Part shown: piece after piece, positions 18,790 to 31,638 of the stretch
Numbering within the stretch: the first letter of the stretch is position 1
Layout: every line of letters begins with the position of its first letter
DNA from: the human T2T-CHM13v2.0 reference genome, Homo sapiens
DNA: 64,000 nucleotides
Reading direction: 5' to 3' (one strand)
NCBI RefSeq assembly: GCF_009914755.1
Contig: NC_060947.1
The notes under the pieces: model-generated
The model's input: only the letters and a program-made list of their open reading frames with translations
Database searches by the model: none
Told to the model about the DNA's origin: nothing
Position numbers and translations under genes: made by a program

Positions 18790-19776
18790 TTGGAGCATTT
18801 TAAAGCCTCCTATGGACATCTCACTCTCTAGAGTCTTACATGGTTAGCCTCTTGTTTGCCCCAATTTATGTTGAAGATTTATGCAACAGAAAAGTTAAAC
18901 AATTGCTTTGCGATAAAGCTTGTCTTGTGGAGTCAGCTGAAGCTAGGATGTCAGGTCAAATAATACCCTGTGACTGGGCTTTCTCCAGAGAGCTGCCTTT
19001 CGGGTCAAATAGTGAAAATGGCCTCGAGATGAGACGTTTTGAGGAGCTCCAAATCCAGTCTGGCTCCTCTGGTGAAGGCAAGCCTGCTGGTTCTCACAGC
19101 TCTCATGTTTGCGAGGCTACTAGTTTTGAAGGCTATCATAGAACTGAAAAAGGGAGATGGGGGTAGATTAAATTACAATATCGCAAACCCTACTGTTCTT
19201 ACCAAGATTCAGCAGTTTTTCTTAAATAAATGCTCCTTGAATTGTTGCAAGCATTTCGTTAACTTCCTCAGGTTTGAAAAGGTTGATTTTGACCAATTTC
19301 TAGTATTTTTGTTGCTTTTATAAAGGAATATATGTATTAAGGTCTTCTCTGCCTTTCCCTACAGCATTCACTTTTAACTACTGCCTGAAACTTACATTTC
19401 TTGGCTAATTCAGAGTCATCAAGTTTTCTCTTAAAAATCTCTTCCTCCAGGATACCTAGAAGAAGCTTGACTTACACAGGGAACTTTAGGTGGCCTTCCT
19501 ATCTTGTTACCCTTTAACACTAAGTAAACAGGCAGTTACAATATGATGAGATATTCCTCCTGGGGAAATTTAACCTTCTTGAGAATAGGAATAATGTCTC
19601 TCCTTAACACGTATAGCACAGGGATAAGGTCAATTGAATGTAAGAGGGCAATCTGTTTTATTCTGAATTTTAAAAAGCCAACAGGTAAAAGTAACAAAAG
19701 GAAACCAGAAACTGGGAATTAATTGAATACACTTTCTAAAAGCAATTCCCTCAAGAAAAACTCCCATTTCACTTAC

Positions 19777-20072
19777 CCTTGTTACTAAATTAATTGCTGC
19801 TCCTAATCCTTTTCTAATCTATGCATAAGTTCTCAACTGGCCCTAAGGCATTGGCTATATTAGCATATGAGTCATTTCGAAGTATAATAAATATTTGGGA
19901 AGTCCTTTCTCTCTCCTCTGTTGATAACTGTCACTACTTTAAAAGAGTGTTTTTCCATAGGCAAACACAACAAATTCATCTCTTATTCAACTTGTTGAAA
20001 CAAGAGTGGTGAAGCAGAAAAAGAGGAAAAATCTTAAAGATGGAGCAGGACAGCTTCATTCTACTACCTTCT
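19777..20072 (-). other. Candidate non-coding exon (296 nt)
   Basis: Minus strand: long pyrimidine tract + catag acceptor; donor AGG|gtaagt; no transcript evidence available. Confidence 0.3.
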
Positions 20073-20731
20073 CTATGAAAAAAAAAAAAGAAAAGAAAAG
20101 AAAAAGAAAGATCAAAGAGAAATTTGGGGAAAATACTCCTACAATAGAAAATACTTAAGAACCTAAACTTTGGTATGACAGGCAATCTCCAAACTAATCT
20201 CTGTACTAATCAGCTAAGTGGAATGTAACAATTGCTCTGTCACACATCAGCGTATAAAGCAAGGTCTCAGTTTTGTGTTCTCTGCCTTATCATGATGACA
20301 CTGTCGATTGTTGTTGAGAATGGGCTGAGGAATTTGGAAGAGCTACTTTACAGAAGGACATTGGGCAATTCTGAAGAGGAAAACAAGTGAGATGGCAGCT
20401 GGGGAGGATGAAAAATGATGGTTCAAGAAGGAAAGTTGGAAGTGATAATTGGTATATAAAGGTTATGAGGGAAGGCAGAAACACCAGCTACATGCTGAAT
20501 TAGAACAACAATTTCCTGTCTGTGTTTGACAGAGCCTACAAGGTGCTTTGGGCTTAGATATGTAATATTAATAGATTTATAAATCAAAATAAATAGAGTT
20601 ACTTTGGGTTGTTCAGATTTTTATTCTAGACTTTGCTCTCCTTTTCTACTTTTATTTTACTTTGACAAAACTTTACAAAAATATTTGGGATTGAGAAGAT
20701 AGTTTCACAGAACATCTAGTTAAGAGCGAGG

Positions 20732-20862
20732 CCTAATGTTAAACGACGAGTTGATGGGTGCAGCACACCAACATGGCACATGTATACATATGTAACTAAC
20801 CTGCAACTTATGCACATGTACCCTAAAACTTACAGTATAATTAAAAAGAAAAAAGAAAAAAA
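20732..20862 (+). mobile_element. Very short L1PA3/4-like 3' end
   Basis: 'taatgttaaacgacgagttgatgggtgcagcacaccaacatggcacatg..' plus A tail; TSD aagagcgaggcc 20722-20733 / aagagtgaggcc 20863-20874. Confidence 0.92.
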
Positions 20863-21036
20863 AAGAGTGAGGCCAATGGAGGCTCCAACTGAATAGAAAA
20901 TAATTTTGATAATTTAATAAGTCTATAAACAATATATTGGCTGAAAGCAGCATTTTCTTAGGAACCATCAAAGCTAGGTTCCAAGTCAGGATGCCGTACT
21001 AATAGCCAGGTTGTACCAACTTCCTTGGAGAATAGG

Positions 21037-21127
21037 CTGTGCTTCTGCAACATGCTTTCTGTCTGTCTAGAATCTCATCTAGAGTATGTTCTGTGCTTCT
21101 GCAACATACTTTCTGTCTGTCTAGAAT
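21037..21127 (+). repeat. 37-bp direct duplication (period 54)
   Basis: ctgtgcttctgcaacatRctttctgtctgtctagaat at 21037-21073 and 21091-21127, one mismatch. Confidence 0.9.
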
Positions 21128-21254
21128 GCCTTTGTCCAAGCTTGAATACCTGAAAAATTTCCAACACATTCCTCCATATCGGAGCATCAAGCCAAACACC
21201 TCATGCTCGAAATTTTGACACTTTAAAGTGTGCTGTGTGTGTAATGCATTCTGG

Positions 21255-21460
21255 GACCAGACTGTCTACCAGCTCTGCCACTTCAAAGCTGTGAGTTATT
21301 GGGCAAGTCACCTAATTGCTCTATGCCTCAGTCTCCTCATCTGTAAAATAAGCAGGATATTAGTATCTGCTTCATAATGTACTTGTGTATATTTAATAAA
21401 TAATTATGTAAGGTCTTTAAACATTACTAAGCATGCATCAAGTGCTCTACAAGTGTGTGA
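21255..21460 (+). mobile_element. MIR
   Basis: Core 'gggcaagtcacctaattgctctatgcctcagtctcctcatctgtaaaat'. Confidence 0.85.
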
Positions 21461-21519
21461 TTTTATTCTCCTCTCCTCACGGTTCACTGATTCCTTCTGT
21501 GTATCCACTCTGTACTTCT

Positions 21520-21670
21520 GATAAATGTCTGTTACAATCTTTATTGCAAGTAGTTGCCAGAATGTCTGTTTCCCTGGACTGTACTATGAGCTTGAGAGCA
21601 GAAACCATATTTTAGTAATCTTTGTATTCCCAGCATTTAGCACAGTACCAGGCACCAATTGTATTCAAAA
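21520..21670 (+). mobile_element. L2 3' end fragment
   Basis: 'gagcttgagagcagaaaccat..ctttgtattcccagcatttagcacagtaccaggcac'. Confidence 0.75.
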
Positions 21671-23086
21671 TATCATCTCATTGCTCTCATGCTTGCATGC
21701 TCTCTCTCTCTCTTTGATGGTTCCACTTGCTACTCCAGGCCCATAATTCTCAGCATTTCCTCAGAATATATCTTTTGTCTACACGAATTCCCTGGATTTT
21801 GACTGTCTAGTCTCTGCTGATGACTCCAATTTACTTGCCATATTCCCACCAGCACTCCAATGTCTGGCTTGCTATGATCTAGCTTCAGAAAGGCTGCCAC
21901 CTCCTCAAATGAACTCTGTCCCCAAATTCAACTTTTAGTCGACCCTTTCGAACTACCTTCTTTCTTGCCAAAATTGTGATTGAATTGCCTAGCAAAACTG
22001 CTTCCATCATAGTACATTATGTTGTGTTGGGTTTTATATTGTTGGAGTTCAAAATGCTGGAGATCAGAGCTCTATTGCTATATTTCTGAGTATCATGGCA
22101 AATATGCACAGTAAATTACAGGTAATTATTGCACATAATCCAAGTAATAAAGAAAATAGTATTGATTGAAAATGTAATCACTATGCCTACTTCCTCTTGC
22201 TGGAGCCCTCCTCTAATTATTCGATTTCCTGATGCTCCACTCCTTTGCTCTCTTTCATTTTTTCCTCCTTTGCATGCCTTTTTCATCTTATATCTCTCAC
22301 AGCTCTAGCCTTATCTCCTCAGTCTATATTCTTTCCTCTTCTTCATTTTCTTTCCTATACAAAGCTTGTTTTAAAAGGTTCTACTCCTTCACCTAGCATA
22401 ACTCTCCTAACCCTCTGGCTCCTTACCTCACCTTTCAAAATAAAAACAAACAGGCAATTTGAAGTCAATTGAACATTTCAGGAATGCTTCCCATGCTTTG
22501 TAGCTGTAGATATGAGTAAAAAAGATTGTTTGATTCAGCAAATATAGTTGGAGTAGGGGTTAGGAGTGGCAGTTTCAAAGATTGCAGATTAGGTAAAGGC
22601 CATATCATAGTGGCTTAATTAAGGTACAATATGTTCTGGTTAGGGACCAGAAGACCGCTACTGATGGTCATTGGTCATGTATTGAAAGTACTCTGATGCA
22701 TTTGCTCAGTCACAACTGCTTCCTTGAACATCACTTCTCAAGTTATTTGGAATGAGTAAAGCTGATTTGCCAGATTCATTTTCTGCAATTAATAAACATA
22801 ATTCAGTAAGCTAGATAAGATGGATGTAGTCATTAGAAAGAATGGCATGAAGGGCATTTATTGCATCTGATTCTTAAACTCGGCAATAAAACAGCTTTAT
22901 TTAGAATAAATAGAACCCCAGAGGCTGATCCGTTTCCTATTTTTCATATTTATATGGTTCTCTGGGAGGCCACAAGGAGCTCTAGGATTGCAATTTTAGC
23001 CCTCAAAAATAGCATGAGAGATAGTAAGAAAACTTCTGGGGATAACACAGAGGGTGGTGGTATTCAAATGAGCACGTCAGACTTAC

Positions 23087-23137
23087 TCCTTTCCTTAAAA
23101 CTCCAAGATAGAAAGAGCCAGTATAAAGTACATCAAC
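23087..23137 (-). other. Candidate 51-nt exon
   Basis: Minus strand: ctcttctccctcatatttatctgtctcctgaaag | exon | gtaagt; phase-0 reading VDVLYTGSFYLGVLRKG. Confidence 0.3.
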
Positions 23138-25929
23138 CTTTCAGGAGACAGATAAATATGAGGGAGAAGAGTTCAGAAAAAGTAGAATTTAGGATTGAAA
23201 ACCAACCAAAACCAAACTTGAATGAGAGAAAAAACGTGAATTAACCAAACAAGTGGAATACAATACATTTGTATGGAAGAAGTTGGTTTTTAAGGCCATG
23301 CAAGCATAAAATTCCAGTATTGATGAAGAACATACTTCTGGCTCCAGAAATGCATCTTGAGCATGTTAATGAATGTAGTTAAATACGTCCAGTATCCAAA
23401 CATCAAGGAAGGCCTAATATACCTGGAGAAAGTGTTGCTGTTACTGGTGTGACTAAGAACCACGGGATCTGACTGCCTCCAAATAGCATTTCCTTCCCCA
23501 CTCAACCTCCACATTCTTTTTGACTTCCCCATTACCCACATCTTTTCCTGTTCTCTTTTACACATTAAACTAGTCCCAGTAAGGGACTAGCAGAGGGCTT
23601 CTGAGAGAGGTTTTCCTCTGGACTGAATGAACCTACTACAGAAAAGCACAGACAGTGAGGAGGAGGGAAGTCAGAAAACAATACTTGCCCCGTTCTGCAG
23701 TCTTCGCACTATCACCGAGCCTCATGTGTGTGTGTGTTTACCTGTACACACGTAAGGCCCACAACGTTTGTGGGGTACCCTCATTCTCTAATCATCATAC
23801 ATTTTTCCTTTCTCAAAGCAATAAGAAAATACAATTTATAAGAGAAAATCTGTCTCTCTGTGGGTATTATTCAGCTCATGCAAGCATTGCAGTATTACGT
23901 GCTTTGTACTGCTATAGTTTTCATATCTGTTGTGATGCCCTTAAGCATCTCAGATGCTTTCTTCTCCTGTTTGCTGTTATTGGTGGTAAATCAGAAATGT
24001 GCTCAACTATTCCCATTTGGTGCACATATACACATATCCTGTGGTATGTATAGTATACATTTTACATGTGTACACCTAAATATGATGTTTACCTGGGAAT
24101 TAGTATGTCTTTTAGAGGAAAGAAATATCTTTCATTTATTCACATTCCTTGTAATTAGATAAAAGTAATTATTTCAGTGCATGTTTATTATTTGAAAGAC
24201 TACTTTGGTATACATAAATAATATTGAGATCTTAGGTTTTTTTCAATCAAATTTTATCAATTAGTTTAACAGGATGAGAGACAAAAGCTGAATGACTTTC
24301 AGCAGACATTTGCAACTGCAATCAAAACCATTTGTGCTCCTTTTCCAATCACCAAAGAGATTAAAATCATAGTCATCTCACTGGACTGTATTTTTGACAG
24401 ATCCTCTCATAAAAGGGATAGAGCTGATAATGCAGGAGGTAAGAAATTATTGCCCTGAATGCTGGTAAGGTTATGAAAGCTACATTTTTAAAAGAGCTGG
24501 TTTTGGTGAATAGATTTCAATTGTGTTTGCAATTCAGAGTTGTTTTATATTAGAGATTAAAGATTTCTTTATCAGCAATGACTTAGAGTTCTGAAATGAA
24601 ATGTAGAGCCAGTTAATTTCATTTTCCTGTGTCAGTGATGCTCTTTTCCCCTTTCATAAAGAAACGGGCCATTTAAAGTTTACAGAGTTTATGGGAAGCT
24701 TCCATGGTGACACCCTTTTCTTGGTAAAACAATGACCTTGCCTGGGTTTTTGGCTGGATCAGATGTGACTAAGGATTTGAGGATTTGATGCATCCTGTGT
24801 CAAGCTGAAAATAACACTCTTTTCTGCCTGTGAAGTGATACCTGGACTAGCAGAATTTTTCAGCCTTATCTAATTCCATTGTCCCATACTGATTGTTCTA
24901 TTTTCACATACTGAGAGGAATCTATTAAGTGCTTGGACTTTTCAGAGAAAACTTTCTTTTGTTTTCCTTTCTCATCCCTTAATGAGTACCACGAGTTCTG
25001 TTTTAAAGTGCAGCACAATCTTTTAAAAAGAGGAACTATAGGTTCAATTTCTATCTTTGTAACTAAGTTATGTGACTTTGAGTAAGTCAATTAACCAACC
25101 AGATTAAAACTGTGTTGTTACTTCAGGTTAATATTTTGCCATTGCTATTGAAAATGATGATGATAATGATAATTGATGATGATGTTTTGTTTTTTTGAGG
25201 GTGAAATATAAATGATAATTTTCAGAACATCATTACCCTGAGCACATACGGATTAGCTCCTCTATGAGAACCAGAGGAAGTATAAATAGCTTGTATCCTG
25301 AGCCAGAAATAAATCAATCATTCCTTGGGCTTGTGTTAATCATTTCTGCTTTATAATTGCACCAAAAACAAGGAGATCCTCTTAAAAACTAAAATGTAGT
25401 ATTCAAGTAATGGGCCAAAATAAAAACCCCACTAAAATGCAATGGGAGGTCTAATGGGTGATACTTTGGGTGTGGATGAGGTGGAGATCTTCAGTGTGGC
25501 TATGAAGCACTGATGGTCTCCAGTGAGGTCATATCAGATACCTGGGACATAGAGTGTTGCAATCAGTTATGTTTTATGTTCACATATGTTATTAGCTATG
25601 CTTACTCTAGTTTCCAAAGGATTTATATTTAGACATAAGGTAAAACAGACAGAGGATTATCCCAATGGTAATGTCACTCAAACTTGCACTCTGATGTGTT
25701 TTGTGAATTAGAAAATAGTGTGGAATTAGTTAACTCACTGGAAACTACATATATCTAAGGGTATTCCCATTCCATCCACTTTCAATATTCTACCCTATGT
25801 TATCTTTCCAACATTACATACATTTTCTGTTTATTATATTCTTCTCTCTAATCAAAAATGTAAGCTCTATGAACTCTAGTGCCTGCAGAAATATCTGGCA
25901 TATAGCTAGCATTAAAAAAAGACTGTCCA

Positions 25930-26497
25930 TTGGGAAAGGGATTAAAAAATGTCACCCTAAAATATGCCACTTTGGCATCATAAGGATTATTTTGAACTGA
26001 AGACAATTTAGAAAAAGCAGGTTATGGGAAGAGTTCTCTGCCCTCCCCCATCTGCCTAAATGCAGGGTATACATTTCCCTTATGAAAGTGTCTCCCCTTC
26101 TTTGTACCAGAAAGAGAACAATCCTTATCACCAGAGACAAAGAAGGTACTACGATGAGTCTACAGAAACAAATCTTACTAAATAACATTTATCTACCATT
26201 TAGTTTCCTTATATATTTACCTTCCCATAATTTACTGCCCCTAGAAGCCCAAACCTCTTTTCCTTTGTCTAGTCATCTCTCCACAGTTTGTCACCCTTTG
26301 TTAAAATGGTATATAAACCCTGGTGTCTAACCACTTCTTTGGTTTTTGTTTTTTTAACTTCTTTTCTGTGAAGCCCCCCAAGCACATATAATACAATGTG
26401 TATGTCTTTTCTTCAGTTACTCTTGTCTTTTGTCAGTTTAAATCACAGGTGGCAGCTACAGAACCTGAGAATAGAGGAAAAGTTTTTCTCCCCTGTA
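25930..26497 (+). mobile_element. ERV1 solo LTR, MER34 family
   Basis: 'caccctaaaatatgccactttggcat..ggattattttgaactgaagacaatt', TATA-like 'ggtatataaa', end 'ttttgtcagtttaa..tttttctcccctgta'. Confidence 0.75.
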
Positions 26498-26581
26498 GTT
26501 CAATAGACAATTATCCCGAACCCAAAGGCTATCTTTCTCTTTGCCACAGTCTCTATGAACTACCATTACTAATGTTAATCA

Positions 26582-26901
<320 letters not shown>

Positions 26902-27074
26902 AATCACTGAAGAATTACAAATGTTAGGAGTGCTTGACTTCATTGCCATTTGGAAAAGGAAAGACATTATAAAAATCTGATTACCTCTTGGGGGTGTATC
27001 ACACACATGAAAGTTTTTAGTCTAATATGAGAAAAGTTGGCGCAAAAGAATATATATAGAAAATTATGGCATTT

Positions 27075-27290
27075 GCTATCATTTGAGCACTTTACAGGTG
27101 TCAGATTCTTCAAGCGCTTTTTGTGTTTTATCGTAATAATCCTTTATAAAGTAGATAGTTCTACTAGCCCTGTTTCATAGATGAGGAAACTGAGGCACAA
27201 AAGGCCAAGTAATTTGCCTAACACCCAAGATTAGAATCTGGGTTTGAACCTCGGAAGCCTCCCTACAGTACATACACACTTGCCCACTAC
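27075..27290 (-). mobile_element. MIR
   Basis: 'tttcatagatgaggaaactgaggcacaaaaggccaagtaatttgcctaa'. Confidence 0.85.
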
Positions 27291-28559
27291 ACTCAACTAC
27301 ATATATATGAAAACACTTAGCTATAATAACATGATTGAGGCAAAAATTACATTTAAAAAGGGAGTTGGGGAGTCAAGGAAGATGTCACCTTCTGGGATCA
27401 TAAGCAAGTGAGAGTTTATAAGATGACTAGAAGAACAGATCTTATCCCTCTGCACTTCAGTAAACATTGTGGGCTAGGTGATAGGAAGAAGACACGGGGC
27501 AAACCTGGTAAGAACTTATCTCACTCTCTAAATCTAGTAACAACAATTCTTTTGCATCATATCAGTTTTGAGTAAATGGTTGAATAAGGGGGAAAGATGG
27601 CAATACATTCATAATGTTTTATAAGCATCCTGGGGGAAAAGGATCTGGACGGCACAATAAATGGCAACCAAGGTAGAGAAAGAAGATAGATCAAAACCTC
27701 ATGAGTGAAGAAAAATAGGTGAACAGACCCAGGATGACTAAGTGGGCTACAGAAGTTTTTATTGGAAATTAAATGATGGTACAGATAACAATGAAGAGGA
27801 AGGCCAGAGAAGTGCCCAGATAGGCCCCTACATAGGGGCTTTCAGCTTTTACAGACATGAAAATCAGAATTCTCAGCAGAACAGATTCACATTAATTAAG
27901 CTCAACTTACTATTTTACAATAATTTGACATTAAGAAATAAAACTGCCAAGTGGAATTGGATTCTGCTTCTCTCCCCAGTGTATTCTCTCCCCATAGGCA
28001 TGCTACATGAGATAACTAAATATTAACAAAATTTTAATTGGAGGAACAAAATATTTTATCTTTCATTTAGGGCATTCCAAATACTGCTTGTTTGGGATAA
28101 TCTTTGCTTGTGTCAGTGACATTTTGTTTCTATTTTCCTAGCTGGCCAAATCTGCTAATTCCTTTCTCTGGATGTGCTAATGATTTCATTGAACCTTCTA
28201 TCAAGTCTGGGAGTCCTTTTCTTTCTTTCCGTTGCCTGAACAGCTTTCTCCTCTCACTGACTAGGTGTTAATTTTAAAGCCTCAAGCTCAGAGGGCATTC
28301 AAGTTTCCCTTATTCTCATATGTTCCTTGATTGGGAGACACCTCACTATAACTCTAGCCGTGTATGAAATGCTCATGTCACTTGCTTTCTAGTTCAATTT
28401 GTTCTTGCAATCCTCTCCTTTTAGTTCCTTGAAGATCACAAGCTCTCACCTCAGAGATTTCACACATGGTGTTGCCTTCTCCTGCAAAGCTCTTCGTATC
28501 CAGCAAGAAACTAATTAATGCCCATTGCTTAGGCACGTAGAAAACTTCTTTGTGGACCA

Positions 28560-29420
28560 ATTCCTAGACCAGAAAACTCCTTTTGTTATTTTCTCTCAGA
28601 GCACACTGGTTTCATAAAATTTATCAAGATGTATAATTACATATTTATGCAAGTATTTGCTTATTGTTTAGCTTTCTCCACTTAGTGATGTAAGGGCAAA
28701 TAGACCAGTCAAAAGAAGAGGTTTAAAGTCTCTGCATTGAAAATAAGGGAAGAGGCCCCCCTTCTTTTTCTTTCAGAATTTCTTTCTCTGCCCTTTTTAA
28801 GTGTACATAAATGTTTCTTATCACTAAATAACCTTCTTGCCAGTCTCACAACACAGGAATATTTCCCCAGTGACCTGACAGCCATGTCTTTGAAATGTAA
28901 TAATCAAAAAAGATAACATCCTATTTCCCAGTTTCCTGGGAGGATACAGGCCTAACTTCAGCTGGCACCTGACTCCAAAAGGCAAAACCTACCTTTAATC
29001 ATAAAGATAAAAGAAAATTAGCCATTTTATCTGAGAATATGAATGTAATATGTTGTATCCACTTACTTGTATAAAAGAGTGCGATTTCTTTCCACCTTTT
29101 AATTTCTTTAGTGAATTGCCTGTGCTCTGCATCACATTGTGATTTGTTACTTATTCTTTTTTTCTTTTTCTTTTTTTCTCAGCATATCATCCCTCTAATG
29201 TTGCTTATCCAATAATAAACTTGTTTTCGACCTCTATTACCTTTGTGGAGACACTTTCTGGGCCTGGAGGAGATTTTGCTTCAATGATATTCCCTCAATA
29301 ATGCTAAGCTCCATGAGAATACTAACCAGGTCTGTTTTGTTTACCACCATATTCTCTGTGCATACACCGTGACCAGTTCAGTGTATAAGTCAAATAATTG
29401 TTCAATGAGGGAATAAATAA
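28560..29420 (+). mobile_element. L2 3' end split by an LTR insertion
   Basis: 'tctccacttagtga' (to 28688) rejoins 'atgctaagctccatgagaat..tctgttttgtttaccac..aataattgttcaatga' (from 29301). Confidence 0.65.
28689..29300 (+). mobile_element. ERV1-class (MER4-group) solo LTR
   Basis: TG start 'tgtaagggcaaata'; 'tctttgaaatgtaataatca..cccagtttcctgggagg..gcctaacttcagc'; tataaaa and aataaa; inserted in L2; subfamily uncertain. Confidence 0.7.
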
Positions 29421-29539
29421 AAAATCTGGCAGGAGTCTCTATTTTCCCCCTCACTTTTCTCACAGGGCCATTATGAAGACCAAATGGAGTCAGACCAATT
29501 TACTGGGGAGCTTTAGTTCTATTGCTATTTTGTAATAGG

Positions 29540-29710
29540 ATTAAGGATATGTTGCTTAAACCCTCTAAGCTTCAGTTTCCTCATCTATTGAATAGGGGTA
29601 ATAATAGAACCTACCTCAAGATTCTTGTGAGGATAAATTGAAAGATTGCATTTAAAATAAGCAATATGGTGCCTGGCACATAGGGAGTAATAAATTCAGC
29701 TGCTAATAGT
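29540..29710 (+). mobile_element. MIR
   Basis: 'cttcagtttcctcatctattgaataggggtaataatagaacctacctca..gtgcctggcacatag'. Confidence 0.88.
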
Positions 29711-30423
29711 TTAATTGTTTGCCTCAAATAAATAAACATATTCATTGTAACTCAAGGACCACAATGATAAGAACAGCTGTAGATTGGAAGAGGTATGAAG
29801 AATTGCCTGTGGCATCTCGGCAGGAAATTTTGTGATTCTACCACCCTATTCCCAGGTTTATCTGGACTTTTCCATTACGCTGACACCATGGGACCGAAGT
29901 TCTTATTCCAATCATTTTTCCTACCTTTCTTCAGTGATCTATAAGCAGTACCTCACTCAGCCAGGAATCCTTAAGTGTGAGACATGTCAGGGTACCTGTC
30001 AGCCACAAGTAAGCAAACTGCAAACTTACATTTATAGAATCTGGCCTTTTTTATTTTCTCTCCTGACTAGTGGGTAGCTACTCTCTGAGAATAACTTTCT
30101 ATCCTTTTGTCTTAACTCAGGTAGGAGATATCTCTTCTCTTTATGCTTTCAAGTAGGTGAGCCCAGTAGGGTTATTTGTGGATTTACAGTCTTTTAAAAC
30201 TTCCTTCACCAGACCTAGAATAAATTATGCTATGATTTTTACGATCCCTCTTAGAAGAGAAAACAAGTCTTTTCCCCTCTACCCTCCTAGGTGCAATGGC
30301 TGGGGCCCCTGGATCAAACTGATAAAAGACAGATGAACAAGAGAGTTAAACTACAGAGGTTCACACACAAAATTGTGACTCATGGAAGCAGCAGATGATT
30401 GAAGCTTTTGTACCATTTTAGGC

Positions 30424-31174
<751 letters not shown>

Positions 31175-31597
31175 TTATGGGAAGATGAGAGGAGGCAATG
31201 GATGATAAATAAGGGTTGTCTTGTTATGCAGATAAGAGGCTTTCAGGTGACAAGAGTTGTCTCCTGAAGAGTAGCTCCCTTCCTGGTAAGATACATCTTT
31301 ACAAATGGAAATTTCCATTACAAATATACATTTCTTTTATAAAAATGTAAATCTATATTTTATTTTTAGGTAGTTAGGAGAAGGTAAAGAGCTTTTCTTG
31401 CCTGTATTGATTCTCAATTGCCTTTAGCTCAAAATTATCCTTATGCCAAAGCGGCATAATTTTGGGTGGCATATTCTGGTACCTTTCACTCCCCACATCC
31501 CACATCCCCATACACTGCTCTGAACATCCTTAAGTAGATACATCATGGTCAGAACAAAAACCATCAACTGTCATGATATTAAGTATTTTAGAAAAGT

Positions 31598-31600
<3 letters not shown>

Positions 31601-31636
<36 letters not shown>
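31601..31636. repeat. (GT)18 microsatellite
   Basis: Direct reading. Confidence 0.97.

Positions 31637-31638
<2 letters not shown>

Noticed and set aside
22861-24162. 127-, 132- and 100-aa + strand ORFs in unique DNA
   Set aside because: Non-ATG starts, no recognisable domain and no supporting splice structure; consistent with chance.
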